64,000 nt of DNA from Chitinophagales bacterium (lineage in GTDB: Bacteria; Bacteroidota; Bacteroidia; Chitinophagales; UBA10324), in contig JBDHXV010000009.1 of assembly GCA_039810885.1 (NCBI GenBank), positions 129 through 64,128 on the forward strand, written 5' to 3'. The translations under genes were made by a program, and so were the position numbers. Positions 34,631 through 44,185 of the stretch are shown piece after piece. Under the pieces are notes generated by a model, which made no database searches, was not told the origin of the DNA, and saw nothing but the letters and a program-made list of their open reading frames with translations. The first letter of the stretch is position 1; every line of letters starts with the position of its first letter.

Positions 34631-35833
34631 TTAAACTTTGGGTTGATGTTTGAATGGATGGCGATCTTTATACTCATGATTCGTCGCCCTCTTAAATTGT
34701 GCTTTTAATTCCTTATAAATCCTATATGAAAGATGATTTCTAAAGCGAATGTAACTCTGAAAAACTATCGGGCTTGCTCCCATCACGGATTTAGCTTCAC
34801 GTGCGGTTCTTCCAAGCTCAAGAATTTGAATCTTGTTGTCAATCGCCTTTGCAATACCATCAATTAAAATATTATAATACAATTGATACATTCTATTGAA
34901 CTTGTAATCCATACCAATATAATGCAACTCATCATTCTTATGATTGACTAAATAGCTTGCAAACCCAACCATCTGCTTATCGATAAAATAGCCACACATA
35001 GAAAAGGTTAGGGGCTTATTTCTTTTCATCTCGATGAAATAGCGACTATCCGGAATACCTAAACGAATACGTTGTTTGTTCACTACCTGATGAAATAAAC
35101 GATTGATATCCTCTGCGTGAGTGATGATTTCTCCAAGTGATAATTCATGCCGTTCTATAGATGAAGCAGCTCTTATTACTTTTCTCACACGTTGAGCGTA
35201 TTTATGTTTTAGGGAGGAAACATAATCTTCGATTGAATTCCAGGAAGGATCAAGATGCATAGTCATAGTAACATCGTCATCAAAAGAAGTGTATCGATTT
35301 TCTATAAAAAACGTTTGAAATTCGGAATCAACGTCCTTAAAAATCATTTCACATTTAGGCAGCGTTTTTAGTATTTGCGCTGCTGATCTTTGCAAGATAT
35401 CAAAGCGCTCCTTCACGGATAGTCGATTATCTGTAAAGAAATAACCGGGTGCATTAACCGAAAATAACGAGCCGCAGAAAAGTAAGCGAAATCGATGATT
35501 AAGAAGTGCTCGCTCTATAAGGCTTAGTATCTTATATCTTTTAAAAAAGGAGTCAAAATATTCCGAACGAAAGGGTAGAAGCTGAAAATAATGAAGGCAC
35601 ACAATTTCGCCATTCATGTTTTTTACTATACCATAATAGAAACGAAACTGTTCGTACATGCTGTTTTGTATCGAGAGCAATCGCGCATAGTCCAAAGGAT
35701 GACATTCCGGTATCCTTTGTGACCAAATGGTTTTTACGAGTTCAATATCATTAACAATTTGAATGCTCACAGAGTCTTGAAGAATAGATGTCTCCGGCAG
35801 TCTTTTTATTGTTCTGGAGCATAAACTAATCAT
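34631..35833 (-). CDS. GNAT-superfamily (CelD/BioF2-like, Acetyltransf_6-type) protein
   Basis: 400 aa. The C-terminal half resembles FemAB/CelD-like acetyltransferase folds (...GFASYLV....L.Y.G.DY.......LYYN...). Overlaps the ltaE stop by 4 nt. Confidence 0.5.
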   Translation of the reverse strand: MISLCSRTIKRLPETSILQDSVSIQIVNDIELVKTIWSQRIPECHPLDYARLLSIQNSMYEQFRFYYGIVKNMNGEIVCLHYFQLLPFRSEYFDSFFKRYKILSLIERALLNHRFRLLFCGSLFSVNAPGYFFTDNRLSVKERFDILQRSAAQILKTLPKCEMIFKDVDSEFQTFFIENRYTSFDDDVTMTMHLDPSWNSIEDYVSSLKHKYAQRVRKVIRAASSIERHELSLGEIITHAEDINRLFHQVVNKQRIRLGIPDSRYFIEMKRNKPLTFSMCGYFIDKQMVGFASYLVNHKNDELHYIGMDYKFNRMYQLYYNILIDGIAKAIDNKIQILELGRTAREAKSVMGASPIVFQSYIRFRNHLSYRIYKELKAQFKRATNHEYKDRHPFKHQPKV

Positions 35834-36849
35834 GAAACCTTTTTTAGCGTTTCTAACACTACGTTAAGCATTGCATCTGTAAAATCAAGATGAGTAACCA
35901 TGCGAACGTGTTGATTCCCTATGGGCGAACAATGAACATGATGTTCTCTTAGCTTATTGACAAACGTTTCAGCAGAAATAAAAGGCTTTAAACGAAAGAT
36001 GATAATGTTTGTCATAACCTTAAGTATATCCTCTACAAAAATACATTCACTCAGAGCTTTTTCAATTTCTTTTGCCCGTATATGATCTTCTTTGAGTCGT
36101 TCAATATGATTGTCAAGCGCATATATGCCGGCAGCAGCAAGATATCCGGCTTGCCTCATACCGCCCCCCATAACCTTCCGATAACGTCGAGCTTCTGAAA
36201 TGAAATCAGAAGAACCTATTAATACTGAGCCTACAGGGCAACCTAATCCTTTACTTAAACAGATAGAAATACTGTCGAACAGAGATCCAATCTTGTGAGG
36301 GTGTATATGAGTTTCGATTAAGGCATTAAAAATACGTGCACCATCCAAGTGCAACTTTAATTCGGAATTTCGAGCCGTATCGCTTAATGCTTGTAGCTCA
36401 TCTAATGTATAATAACTGCCACCACCACGATTGCTTGTGTTTTCAACACATACCAAACTGGTGCGTGCATGATGTACATTTATTTGGTTGATATTATTAA
36501 GAATATCATCGGGTTTAATCTTACCACGTTCACCGTTTATGAGCCGAACCGATGCGAGAGAATGGAAAGCAATACCCCCTGCTTCATAATAGTAAACATG
36601 GTTAGTTTTTTCAATAATAACTTCATCCATCGGCTTCGTGTGCGTCTTTACCGCAATTTGATTCGTCATCGTTCCACTGGGGCAATACAACGCAGCCTCC
36701 CTGCCGAATAGGCCGGCAACTTTATTCTCCAAACGATTAATACTCGGGTCCTCACCGAGTACATCATCACCAACGGGAGCCTGCATCATAAATGCTTTCA
36801 TCGACTCAGTAGGCCGTGTAACGGTGTCACTTCTTAAATCTATAAACAT
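35830..36849 (-). CDS. ltaE: Low-specificity L-threonine aldolase
   Basis: 339 aa. N-terminal DLRSDTVT..T motif, PLP-fold, and the internal lysine context SICLSKGLG. Confidence 0.88.
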   Translation of the reverse strand: MFIDLRSDTVTRPTESMKAFMMQAPVGDDVLGEDPSINRLENKVAGLFGREAALYCPSGTMTNQIAVKTHTKPMDEVIIEKTNHVYYYEAGGIAFHSLASVRLINGERGKIKPDDILNNINQINVHHARTSLVCVENTSNRGGGSYYTLDELQALSDTARNSELKLHLDGARIFNALIETHIHPHKIGSLFDSISICLSKGLGCPVGSVLIGSSDFISEARRYRKVMGGGMRQAGYLAAAGIYALDNHIERLKEDHIRAKEIEKALSECIFVEDILKVMTNIIIFRLKPFISAETFVNKLREHHVHCSPIGNQHVRMVTHLDFTDAMLNVVLETLKKVS

Positions 36850-36850
36850 G

Positions 36851-37465
36851 TTAAAAGAATGAAAGGATGTTATGATAAAATCGTACAGCTAATTCAGGTT
36901 TCATGACAAAAGTGAAAAGAATACCATAGATAGCTCCGAACAAATGTGCATCATGGTTAATATAATCGCCACCGCGCTTACTCATATAATAGCTGTATCC
37001 CATATAAAATGCTCCCCATAAAATACCGGGTAAGGGTAAGAACATAAAAGCATATACCTTCTGTAAGGGGTTAATAAAGATATAGGAAAAAAGTACAGCG
37101 CTAACAGCTCCGCTTGCGCCCAGGCTGTTATATGAAGGATTGTTTTGATAGCGCATATAGGTAGGGACATCCGACAAGATAATGCCGCCTATATAAAGGC
37201 ACAAATAATAATAGGTGGCCTTTTCATTAAATAAAAAGGAATAGTAATCCTGAAGTACTCTTCCAAAGGAATAGAGAACAAACATATTCACAAACAAATG
37301 CATGTAATCTGCGTGAATCAGGCCGGATGTGAAAGTCCTGTAAAATTGTTTTTGATGTTTCACCGCGTACGGATTCATCATCAGGCGGTATTTCAAATCA
37401 TTGTTGCCAAATGCCATAAAAGAAATTACACAGGTAATGATGATTATGATTAGAGTAATATCCAT
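36851..37465 (-). CDS. Rhomboid family intramembrane serine protease
   Basis: 204 aa, six TM helices. H..Y.HL..NM motif, catalytic GASGA and a downstream H. Confidence 0.85.
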   Translation of the reverse strand: MDITLIIIIITCVISFMAFGNNDLKYRLMMNPYAVKHQKQFYRTFTSGLIHADYMHLFVNMFVLYSFGRVLQDYYSFLFNEKATYYYLCLYIGGIILSDVPTYMRYQNNPSYNSLGASGAVSAVLFSYIFINPLQKVYAFMFLPLPGILWGAFYMGYSYYMSKRGGDYINHDAHLFGAIYGILFTFVMKPELAVRFYHNILSFF

Positions 37466-37507
37466 AAGTATTTATTGGTGCAGCTAAATTAGAGGAATAG
37501 ATACGTA

Positions 37508-37972
37508 TTAGCCGTGATGATATTTTTCGCCCTTTAAAATAGAGAATGCCCTATAAAGCTGCTCTGTAAATATCAGCCGGCATAATTGATGCGGAAAAGT
37601 CAATCTGGACAAGCTAAGCTTCATAGATGCTCTACCATAAATAACTTCATGAAAGCCGTAGGCACCTCCTATGCAAAACACGGTTCTTCTCAAGCTATCA
37701 TTTAAACGTTTCTGAATTTGAAGTGCTAATTCTTCCGAGCTGAACTCTTTTCCTTTATCATCGAGTAGAATTATGTAATCATCTGCATTTATTTCCTTTA
37801 AAAGCCGTGTTGCTTCTGCGAACTTAATCGAAAGTGCATCGTGTTTATCCGAAGGTTGAACAAGCTTTATTTGCAAGGTTACATAGTGCTTTAATCGAGC
37901 TTCATATTCGTCAATAAGCTGTTGTAGCCGGGCATCCGGCTTTTTACTGACAGCAAGAAGAAGCATTTTCAT
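37508..37972 (-). CDS. rlmH: 23S rRNA (pseudouridine1915-N3)-methyltransferase RlmH
   Basis: 154 aa SPOUT protein. Has F.IGGA.G, LS.LTFPH.L.R..F.EQLYRA..I..GE.YH. Confidence 0.93.
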   Translation of the reverse strand: MKMLLLAVSKKPDARLQQLIDEYEARLKHYVTLQIKLVQPSDKHDALSIKFAEATRLLKEINADDYIILLDDKGKEFSSEELALQIQKRLNDSLRRTVFCIGGAYGFHEVIYGRASMKLSLSRLTFPHQLCRLIFTEQLYRAFSILKGEKYHHG

Positions 37973-38138
37973 AATAGACGTGATGGAGCTGCAATGTTAA
38001 TCATGTTTTCGACAGGTTACTTATAGAGTGCTACTTCAGTAAACAAGTTTCCATTAGAATATACATAATGATTTTCTTATCCATTATGTATTTCGCATCA
38101 CTATATAATGGTTATTATTGTATAGCTCTCTTATTTAT

Positions 38139-39248
38139 ATGGCTTTACTTAACGAGTTACAATATCTTATTGCATTAACGTATGTAAAGCATATTGGTCA
38201 TGTTAGTATTCGTAACCTTATCAGTTATTGTGGCTCTGCCGAAAAAATATTTAATACGTCAAAAGAAAAATTGATGAAAGTTCCCGGAATTGACAGTGTT
38301 CGTGCGGATGCTATTAAATCTTTCTCTGATTTTCAATCAGCTATTAGAGAGTACGAGTATTTACAGAAACACAACTTAAGTATTATTTCATATTATAATT
38401 CGCTTTACCCGATACGGCTAAAGAATATTAATGAAAGCCCGCCGATATTATACTTTAAAGGTCAACCTGAGACGTTACAAAAAGCAAAGACGATTGCACT
38501 TGTAGGAACCCGAAAAGCTACTCCTTATGGGAAGCAAATGGTAAGCAAACTTATTGAAGGATTAGCAGTACATAAACCTGTTATCATAAGCGGGCTGGCT
38601 TATGGAATAGACACTATGGCTCATAAAGCAGCCATGGAGCATGGACTCGACACGATTGCCGTACTTGCTCATGGTTTAAACACGATTTACCCTTCGGCTA
38701 ATAAGCCATTGGCAGAAAAGATAATACATCAAGGTGGACTATGCACCAGTTACAGAACTGACCAAGATACGATGCCCGAATATTTTGCAGAGCGCAATCG
38801 CTTAATTGCAGCACTTAGCGATGCGGTTATTATTGTAGAAAGTGCCGAAACAGGAGGAGCATTAATTACTGCACAACATGCCATAGAGTATAACAAAGAT
38901 GTATTTGCTGTTCCCGGACGCGCCGGAGATATATATTCGGAAGGATGCAATGCTTTGATAAAGTCGAATATGGCAGCACTGATAGAGTCGGCGGATGACT
39001 TGACAAAATCATTAAGGTGGGATGCCGAAGGGCAGTCAAAATCGCGCCAACGATCGCTGTTTATTCAATTATCTGAACAAGAGCAAGTTCTGTTTGACTT
39101 TATAAAATCTAATCCTGATGCACATATTGACACGATAACAATGAATATTGATCTTGCCCCGTCTAAGATTGCGAACTTATTATTGGAACTGGAAATTAAT
39201 GGTGTCGTGCTTGCATTGCCCGGTAAACGCTTTAGGGTTTATACATAA
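38139..39248 (+). CDS. dprA: DNA-processing protein DprA
   Basis: SAM-like N-terminus, Rossmann core (VGTRK.T.YG, SGLA.GID..AH..A) and a C-terminal winged helix. The ATG at 38139 is preferred over the TTG at 38118. Confidence 0.92.
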   Translation: MALLNELQYLIALTYVKHIGHVSIRNLISYCGSAEKIFNTSKEKLMKVPGIDSVRADAIKSFSDFQSAIREYEYLQKHNLSIISYYNSLYPIRLKNINESPPILYFKGQPETLQKAKTIALVGTRKATPYGKQMVSKLIEGLAVHKPVIISGLAYGIDTMAHKAAMEHGLDTIAVLAHGLNTIYPSANKPLAEKIIHQGGLCTSYRTDQDTMPEYFAERNRLIAALSDAVIIVESAETGGALITAQHAIEYNKDVFAVPGRAGDIYSEGCNALIKSNMAALIESADDLTKSLRWDAEGQSKSRQRSLFIQLSEQEQVLFDFIKSNPDAHIDTITMNIDLAPSKIANLLLELEINGVVLALPGKRFRVYT

Positions 39249-39540
39249 AAACGAAAACCGCCGACATCAATCTCTTTTAAACCAGACGGTTATGAACAAC
39301 AGAGGAAAACACCAAAAACCTAAGCTGTTCAGAAGTTGAGTCAAGCGGCTTTCTAACCTAAAACCTAATTGCTAAAATTTAATCTCTGAACTAATGTTAA
39401 TAATCTTACGAGCTTGAATGGAATCGCAGATGTTTTTTTCTTGGCCTCTTTTACAAAGACATTCCAAAAAGGTTACTCATCTTTAAAAAATATTTACAGA
39501 AATAAAATTTGGAAATATGTAAGCTAAAACTTATAGCTTA

Positions 39541-40203
39541 TTAATCCACGAGGCCATTTTGCATAGCATACTTAATTAAGCCGGCGGTATTCTTTACGCC
39601 AAGTTTGCGAAGCAAGTTCTTTCTGTGAGTAATAATAGTCATAGGGCTGTTATTCAACTTAGCGGCTATCTCGGCATTTGTCATTTCTTGTGCTATCAAC
39701 TTAATAATCTCAATTTCACGTTTAGTCAACTGCGACTTCCGAACATTTGGGTTAGCCGTTGCAAGATCTTTCTCATGCTCCTTATTAAACATGCGTTCTA
39801 TCAATTTGACTGATACTTCGTTGCTGACGTACTTTTCACCTGCGTGTACTTTTTTAATAGCGGAGAGGAGTTCTTCTTTACCTGCATTCTTTAACAGATA
39901 GCCCGATGCTCCGGCTTTTATCATTTCATTAATATGTAGCGTATCATCAAACATAGTTAGTGCAAGAACCTTTATATTGGGATAGAGCTCTTTTATTTTC
40001 TTTGTGGTCTCCACACCACTCATCACCGGCATATTAATATCCATAAGAACTACATCGGACGGAGTGTGTGCCAATAGATCTAAGAGCATTTGTCCATTCT
40101 CTGCTTCCCCAATTAATTTGACTTCGCCTGCATCTTGTAATAATGCTTTAACACCGGCTATGAATAGATGGTGATCATCGGCTATATATACTTGTATTGA
40201 CAT
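39541..40203 (-). CDS. NarL/FixJ-family response regulator (REC + LuxR HTH)
   Basis: 220 aa. Receiver Asp context DVVLMDINMP. C-terminal LT.RE.E...L.A.G..N.EIA..L..S..T...H..N...KLGV. Confidence 0.92.
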   Translation of the reverse strand: MSIQVYIADDHHLFIAGVKALLQDAGEVKLIGEAENGQMLLDLLAHTPSDVVLMDINMPVMSGVETTKKIKELYPNIKVLALTMFDDTLHINEMIKAGASGYLLKNAGKEELLSAIKKVHAGEKYVSNEVSVKLIERMFNKEHEKDLATANPNVRKSQLTKREIEIIKLIAQEMTNAEIAAKLNNSPMTIITHRKNLLRKLGVKNTAGLIKYAMQNGLVD

Positions 40204-40286
40204 GGTAGTGTACGTAATTTACGTAAAGCTAATGACTAACTATTATTTTGTAGTACTTATTGTAGTAAATCTATTAACAATCATCC

Positions 40287-41330
40287 TTATAATTGAGCAG
40301 CATTTATCTCAATAGATATAACTGTGCCTCTATTCTCAATAGAGTCAATTTGCATATTCCCTTCAAATAAATCTACTCGTTGTTTTATCTTTTTAAGACC
40401 TAAAGCATTCTTCTTTTTTAATTCTTTCCTATAATCGAACCCCTTACCGTTATCTTCATAAGATATTGCTATGCAATTGTTATCAGCAATTAACTGTAAT
40501 GTTATTTCAGTTGCAGAAGCGTGTTTGATCGAGTTCATCAATAGTTCTTGAATGATACGATATAATGTTATCTCTAAACTCTTGGATAATTTTAACTCAT
40601 TCGCAACCGGAATAAAATTAATGTGTAAATCGCCTCGACGATGAATGATGTCAACAAGATTTTGGATAGCATTTACCAAGCCAAACTCATAAGAAACCGG
40701 AGATGTGTGCATTGCAATATGTCTAAGCATTTTTATGGATTCATCCACCAATTTCATCCCCTTTAATAGTTCCTCTTTACTACGTAAGGAATCTATATCG
40801 AAAGACCCCAAACAGAGGTCTAATTGATGTTTTGAAGTAGCTAATAAACTCCCGACTTCATCGTGCAGGTAGTCCGAAAACTTCTTACGCTCATATTCAT
40901 CCGTTTCAATGATGAGTGAAATCAAATCGCGTTGCTCCTGCAAATCTTCTATAAGCTCTTTTTCAAAGGGAGATATTAGCTTTGGAGAAGCTTGTTCAAA
41001 TAATACTAAGGTAGTTGTATCTAACTCATCTGAAAGATGTGACCATTTGCAATTAAACTGTAGAGGGTTATTGCAGATCATAAATGAAATTTCTTTTTCA
41101 CCTTTTTCAAATTCATCCAAAAGATTAAGTAAGGGCTCACCTTTTAATTGTTGCATTACCTGACTAATTGAATGGTTCAGCAAATAACCCTTTTTCTTCC
41201 TTGTAAGTTGTTCAAATGCAAGATTCACTTCAACGATAAGGCCATTTTGCAAAAGCACGCCGGGTTGAGGAGCCATACGAAAATATAGGTTAAATACATC
41301 GGTTGCCTTACTGAAGCGTGTTAGATTCAT
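40287..41330 (-). CDS. Cytoplasmic sensor histidine kinase (PAS-like + HisKA_3 + HATPase_c)
   Basis: 347 aa with no TM segment. H-box YLHDEVGSLL, N-box and the DNGKGF G-box. Lies immediately upstream of the response regulator. Confidence 0.88.
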   Translation of the reverse strand: MNLTRFSKATDVFNLYFRMAPQPGVLLQNGLIVEVNLAFEQLTRKKKGYLLNHSISQVMQQLKGEPLLNLLDEFEKGEKEISFMICNNPLQFNCKWSHLSDELDTTTLVLFEQASPKLISPFEKELIEDLQEQRDLISLIIETDEYERKKFSDYLHDEVGSLLATSKHQLDLCLGSFDIDSLRSKEELLKGMKLVDESIKMLRHIAMHTSPVSYEFGLVNAIQNLVDIIHRRGDLHINFIPVANELKLSKSLEITLYRIIQELLMNSIKHASATEITLQLIADNNCIAISYEDNGKGFDYRKELKKKNALGLKKIKQRVDLFEGNMQIDSIENRGTVISIEINAAQL

Positions 41331-41438
41331 AATACTTATAATTAAGATGCTGAAAATTATAGGTTAAGTATCATTACAATTCTCCACGGATTTGCCAATT
41401 ACCCACTACTTTTATCCTATTATCCATTAAATAGTTCA

Positions 41439-44135
41439 ATGCGCTTTTCGTTCTCATTACTTTTTCTTCTTTTCATTACTTCTTTTCAATCTACTTTTGG
41501 TACGGGCTATTATATCAGCAATAATGGTGATGATAACAATGACGGGCTCTCGGCAGCAACCCCTTTTAAAACGCTTCAACAGTTAAGTACTATTTTCTTT
41601 CAACAAGGAGATTCTATTTTCTTTGAGTCAGGTCAGGAATTTATGGGCACACTTAAAGTGTCCACTAGTACAGGTACTATTAAAGCATTATATATTGGAA
41701 CGTATAACGGAACTGCACGTGCTATATTAAGCGGCGGAGTTAAAGTTACCGACTGGACACAAAACTCCGCGATAGCTACTGCTATTATACCGCAGCCGGT
41801 TAGTGCGGTTTTTGTTTCCGGTCAAAGACAAACTCCTGCACGGTATCCTGATAATGGATATCTGACTATGGCATCTGTTAACGGAACGGCAGGATTTTAC
41901 TCGTCCTCATTATCGCAAGACAGTGGTTATTGGGATGGAGCACAAGTACATATCCGCTCAAAGCCCAATCAATACGAAACGGCAACTATAGGCCAATTTA
42001 ATAATGGAAATATTATTTATACAAGTCCATTAGGTACTACTCCGCAAAATGGTAACGGATTTTATATAGATCATTCTTATCAGGCATTGACCATAAACAA
42101 AGAGTGGTATTATCATACAGCCAATAACACCTTGCACTTTATTCCAGAAAATGCTTCTGATCTTCAGTCGGGAGCAATAACGGCTATCACTACGGACTAT
42201 GGTATATGGTTTACGGCACCTTGTGATAGCATCATTATTGAAAACCTTGAATTTAAGTTTTACAATAAGAGTGCAGTATATTTTTCTGCTGCTGTTACAA
42301 ATTCTGAAATCAGGCATAATAAATTCTTGTTCGGTAACGATGCGGCAATCAAATCGACTGGCGTAGCAACACTTGTAACAATCTATGATAATATCATTTC
42401 TGATTTTCTTTCCAATGGTATTTCATTCTATCAAACATGGCATTCCCTTATTTATCAAAACACAATTACAGATATTGGGTTAGTCGCAGGGCAGGGGAGC
42501 AACGGATTATCACAATATATTCCGATACATACCGTATTTGCAGCATACTCTGAGTTTTTAGATAACACATTTATAAGATTTGGCAATTGTGCGATTAAGG
42601 CCGACGGCCCGTATAATAGTTTTAAGAGAAATTATATTCGAGATGGCTTGTTGACGCTTACCTCATCAGGAGGATTGAATTTTTATGGTGAGGTTTGTAA
42701 ATATCTTCAGATTGAAGACAATTTTATTCTTAATATAAAAGGGAATCAAGAAGGACTTGCGCAGTACGACGATTTGAACTGCGGTATATTAATGAACGCC
42801 TTTTGCCATAATAATAATATAGTGCACAATACGATTGCAAATGGTGGTAATTATGGGATATGGATTACAACGGATAATTATGAACATAAAATCTCTGATA
42901 ACCTTATCTACAACAGTTTAAGGGCACAATTGACGCTAAATGATTTTTATGGGACACCCGGATCAAACCAGAATCACAAAATAGTCCATAATATTTTTTA
43001 CAGTCTATCGAATATGCAAGCTTGTTTGCAGTATGAAACAATTAATAGTTCAAATCATTATTCCTCAACAGATAGCAATTACTATTGTAACCCGTATAAT
43101 TATGTGGCAGTTCGCGAAAAGTTTGTAAACATAGACCCTGTTATGAAAGAGTATCCTTTACCGGTATGGAAGCATCTTTCGTTGGCTGATACAAATTCTA
43201 TTGCAACCCGAGTTACTTTAAATCAATATCAAATCAATACAGAGTCGAGTGAAGAGTTGATTATGAATGGCACTTTTACGAACAACTTCGACAATTGGGG
43301 ATTGCTTTCTGATGTAGGAGTAGAAATGCTGTTGGATAATGATATTGGAATGGATGGAGGTTGTATTAAAGTCGTTGTACAAGATACTTCCTTAGCGTTT
43401 GCTCAATTACAATCCAAAGACTTTGCTCTTCAACTCAATCAGTATTATCGTTTACGATATAGTGTTTTTGGAAATCACAATTCCTATATGAACACATCAA
43501 CCTATAAAGACGAAGACGATTATCACTCCGTAGGTTTAGACCGTTATGTACCTTACGAAACCACACGAACCGAAAAGGAATTTATTTTTAAAAGCAACGA
43601 AGACTGCCCCTTTTGTGCTGCAAGATTTGCCATGTTTAAGGGCGACAGTATGTTGGTTATGGATAATATCACGTTCAAGCAAGTAACCGTGTTTCCATTA
43701 GATTCGACTAAGTCGAATAGGCTGATTACAAACTATAGTAACCAAAGCATAGACGTTAATTTGCATGACACTTTATTTATTGATTTAAACGGAAGCATTG
43801 TATCAGGACACTACACACTGCCGCCATACAGTTCTTATGTCCTCATACCCCGGCATATTATTTACAATGATATTGAGCCCGTTATGCCAACACAAAAAGA
43901 TGAAATAGTACTTTTCCCTAACCCGGTAAAAGATATCTTGTTTGTCCAATTACCTGAAAACATTCAGGGAGCTACAACCATAGAAATCTTGTCTCTCAAC
44001 GGTCAGGTGCTATATGCCCTGCACACAACAAATCATTTTTTTAACCTTCCGGTGCAACATCTACAATCGGGAGTGTATCTATTAAAGGTTACAACGGGCC
44101 AATCCGTGTACACAACGAAGTGGATCCAAATGTAA
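41439..44135 (+). CDS. Right-handed parallel beta-helix protein with T9SS type-A C-terminal sorting domain
   Basis: 898 aa. Signal peptide, pectate-lyase-like beta-helix repeats, a CBM-like region, and a C-terminal LFPNP....(~70 aa)...G.Y.LKV tail. Confidence 0.75.
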   Translation: MRFSFSLLFLLFITSFQSTFGTGYYISNNGDDNNDGLSAATPFKTLQQLSTIFFQQGDSIFFESGQEFMGTLKVSTSTGTIKALYIGTYNGTARAILSGGVKVTDWTQNSAIATAIIPQPVSAVFVSGQRQTPARYPDNGYLTMASVNGTAGFYSSSLSQDSGYWDGAQVHIRSKPNQYETATIGQFNNGNIIYTSPLGTTPQNGNGFYIDHSYQALTINKEWYYHTANNTLHFIPENASDLQSGAITAITTDYGIWFTAPCDSIIIENLEFKFYNKSAVYFSAAVTNSEIRHNKFLFGNDAAIKSTGVATLVTIYDNIISDFLSNGISFYQTWHSLIYQNTITDIGLVAGQGSNGLSQYIPIHTVFAAYSEFLDNTFIRFGNCAIKADGPYNSFKRNYIRDGLLTLTSSGGLNFYGEVCKYLQIEDNFILNIKGNQEGLAQYDDLNCGILMNAFCHNNNIVHNTIANGGNYGIWITTDNYEHKISDNLIYNSLRAQLTLNDFYGTPGSNQNHKIVHNIFYSLSNMQACLQYETINSSNHYSSTDSNYYCNPYNYVAVREKFVNIDPVMKEYPLPVWKHLSLADTNSIATRVTLNQYQINTESSEELIMNGTFTNNFDNWGLLSDVGVEMLLDNDIGMDGGCIKVVVQDTSLAFAQLQSKDFALQLNQYYRLRYSVFGNHNSYMNTSTYKDEDDYHSVGLDRYVPYETTRTEKEFIFKSNEDCPFCAARFAMFKGDSMLVMDNITFKQVTVFPLDSTKSNRLITNYSNQSIDVNLHDTLFIDLNGSIVSGHYTLPPYSSYVLIPRHIIYNDIEPVMPTQKDEIVLFPNPVKDILFVQLPENIQGATTIEILSLNGQVLYALHTTNHFFNLPVQHLQSGVYLLKVTTGQSVYTTKWIQM

Positions 44136-44185
44136 GCCGTAGTATTTTACTTTAATTTTACACACTGAACCCGAATTAGATTGCG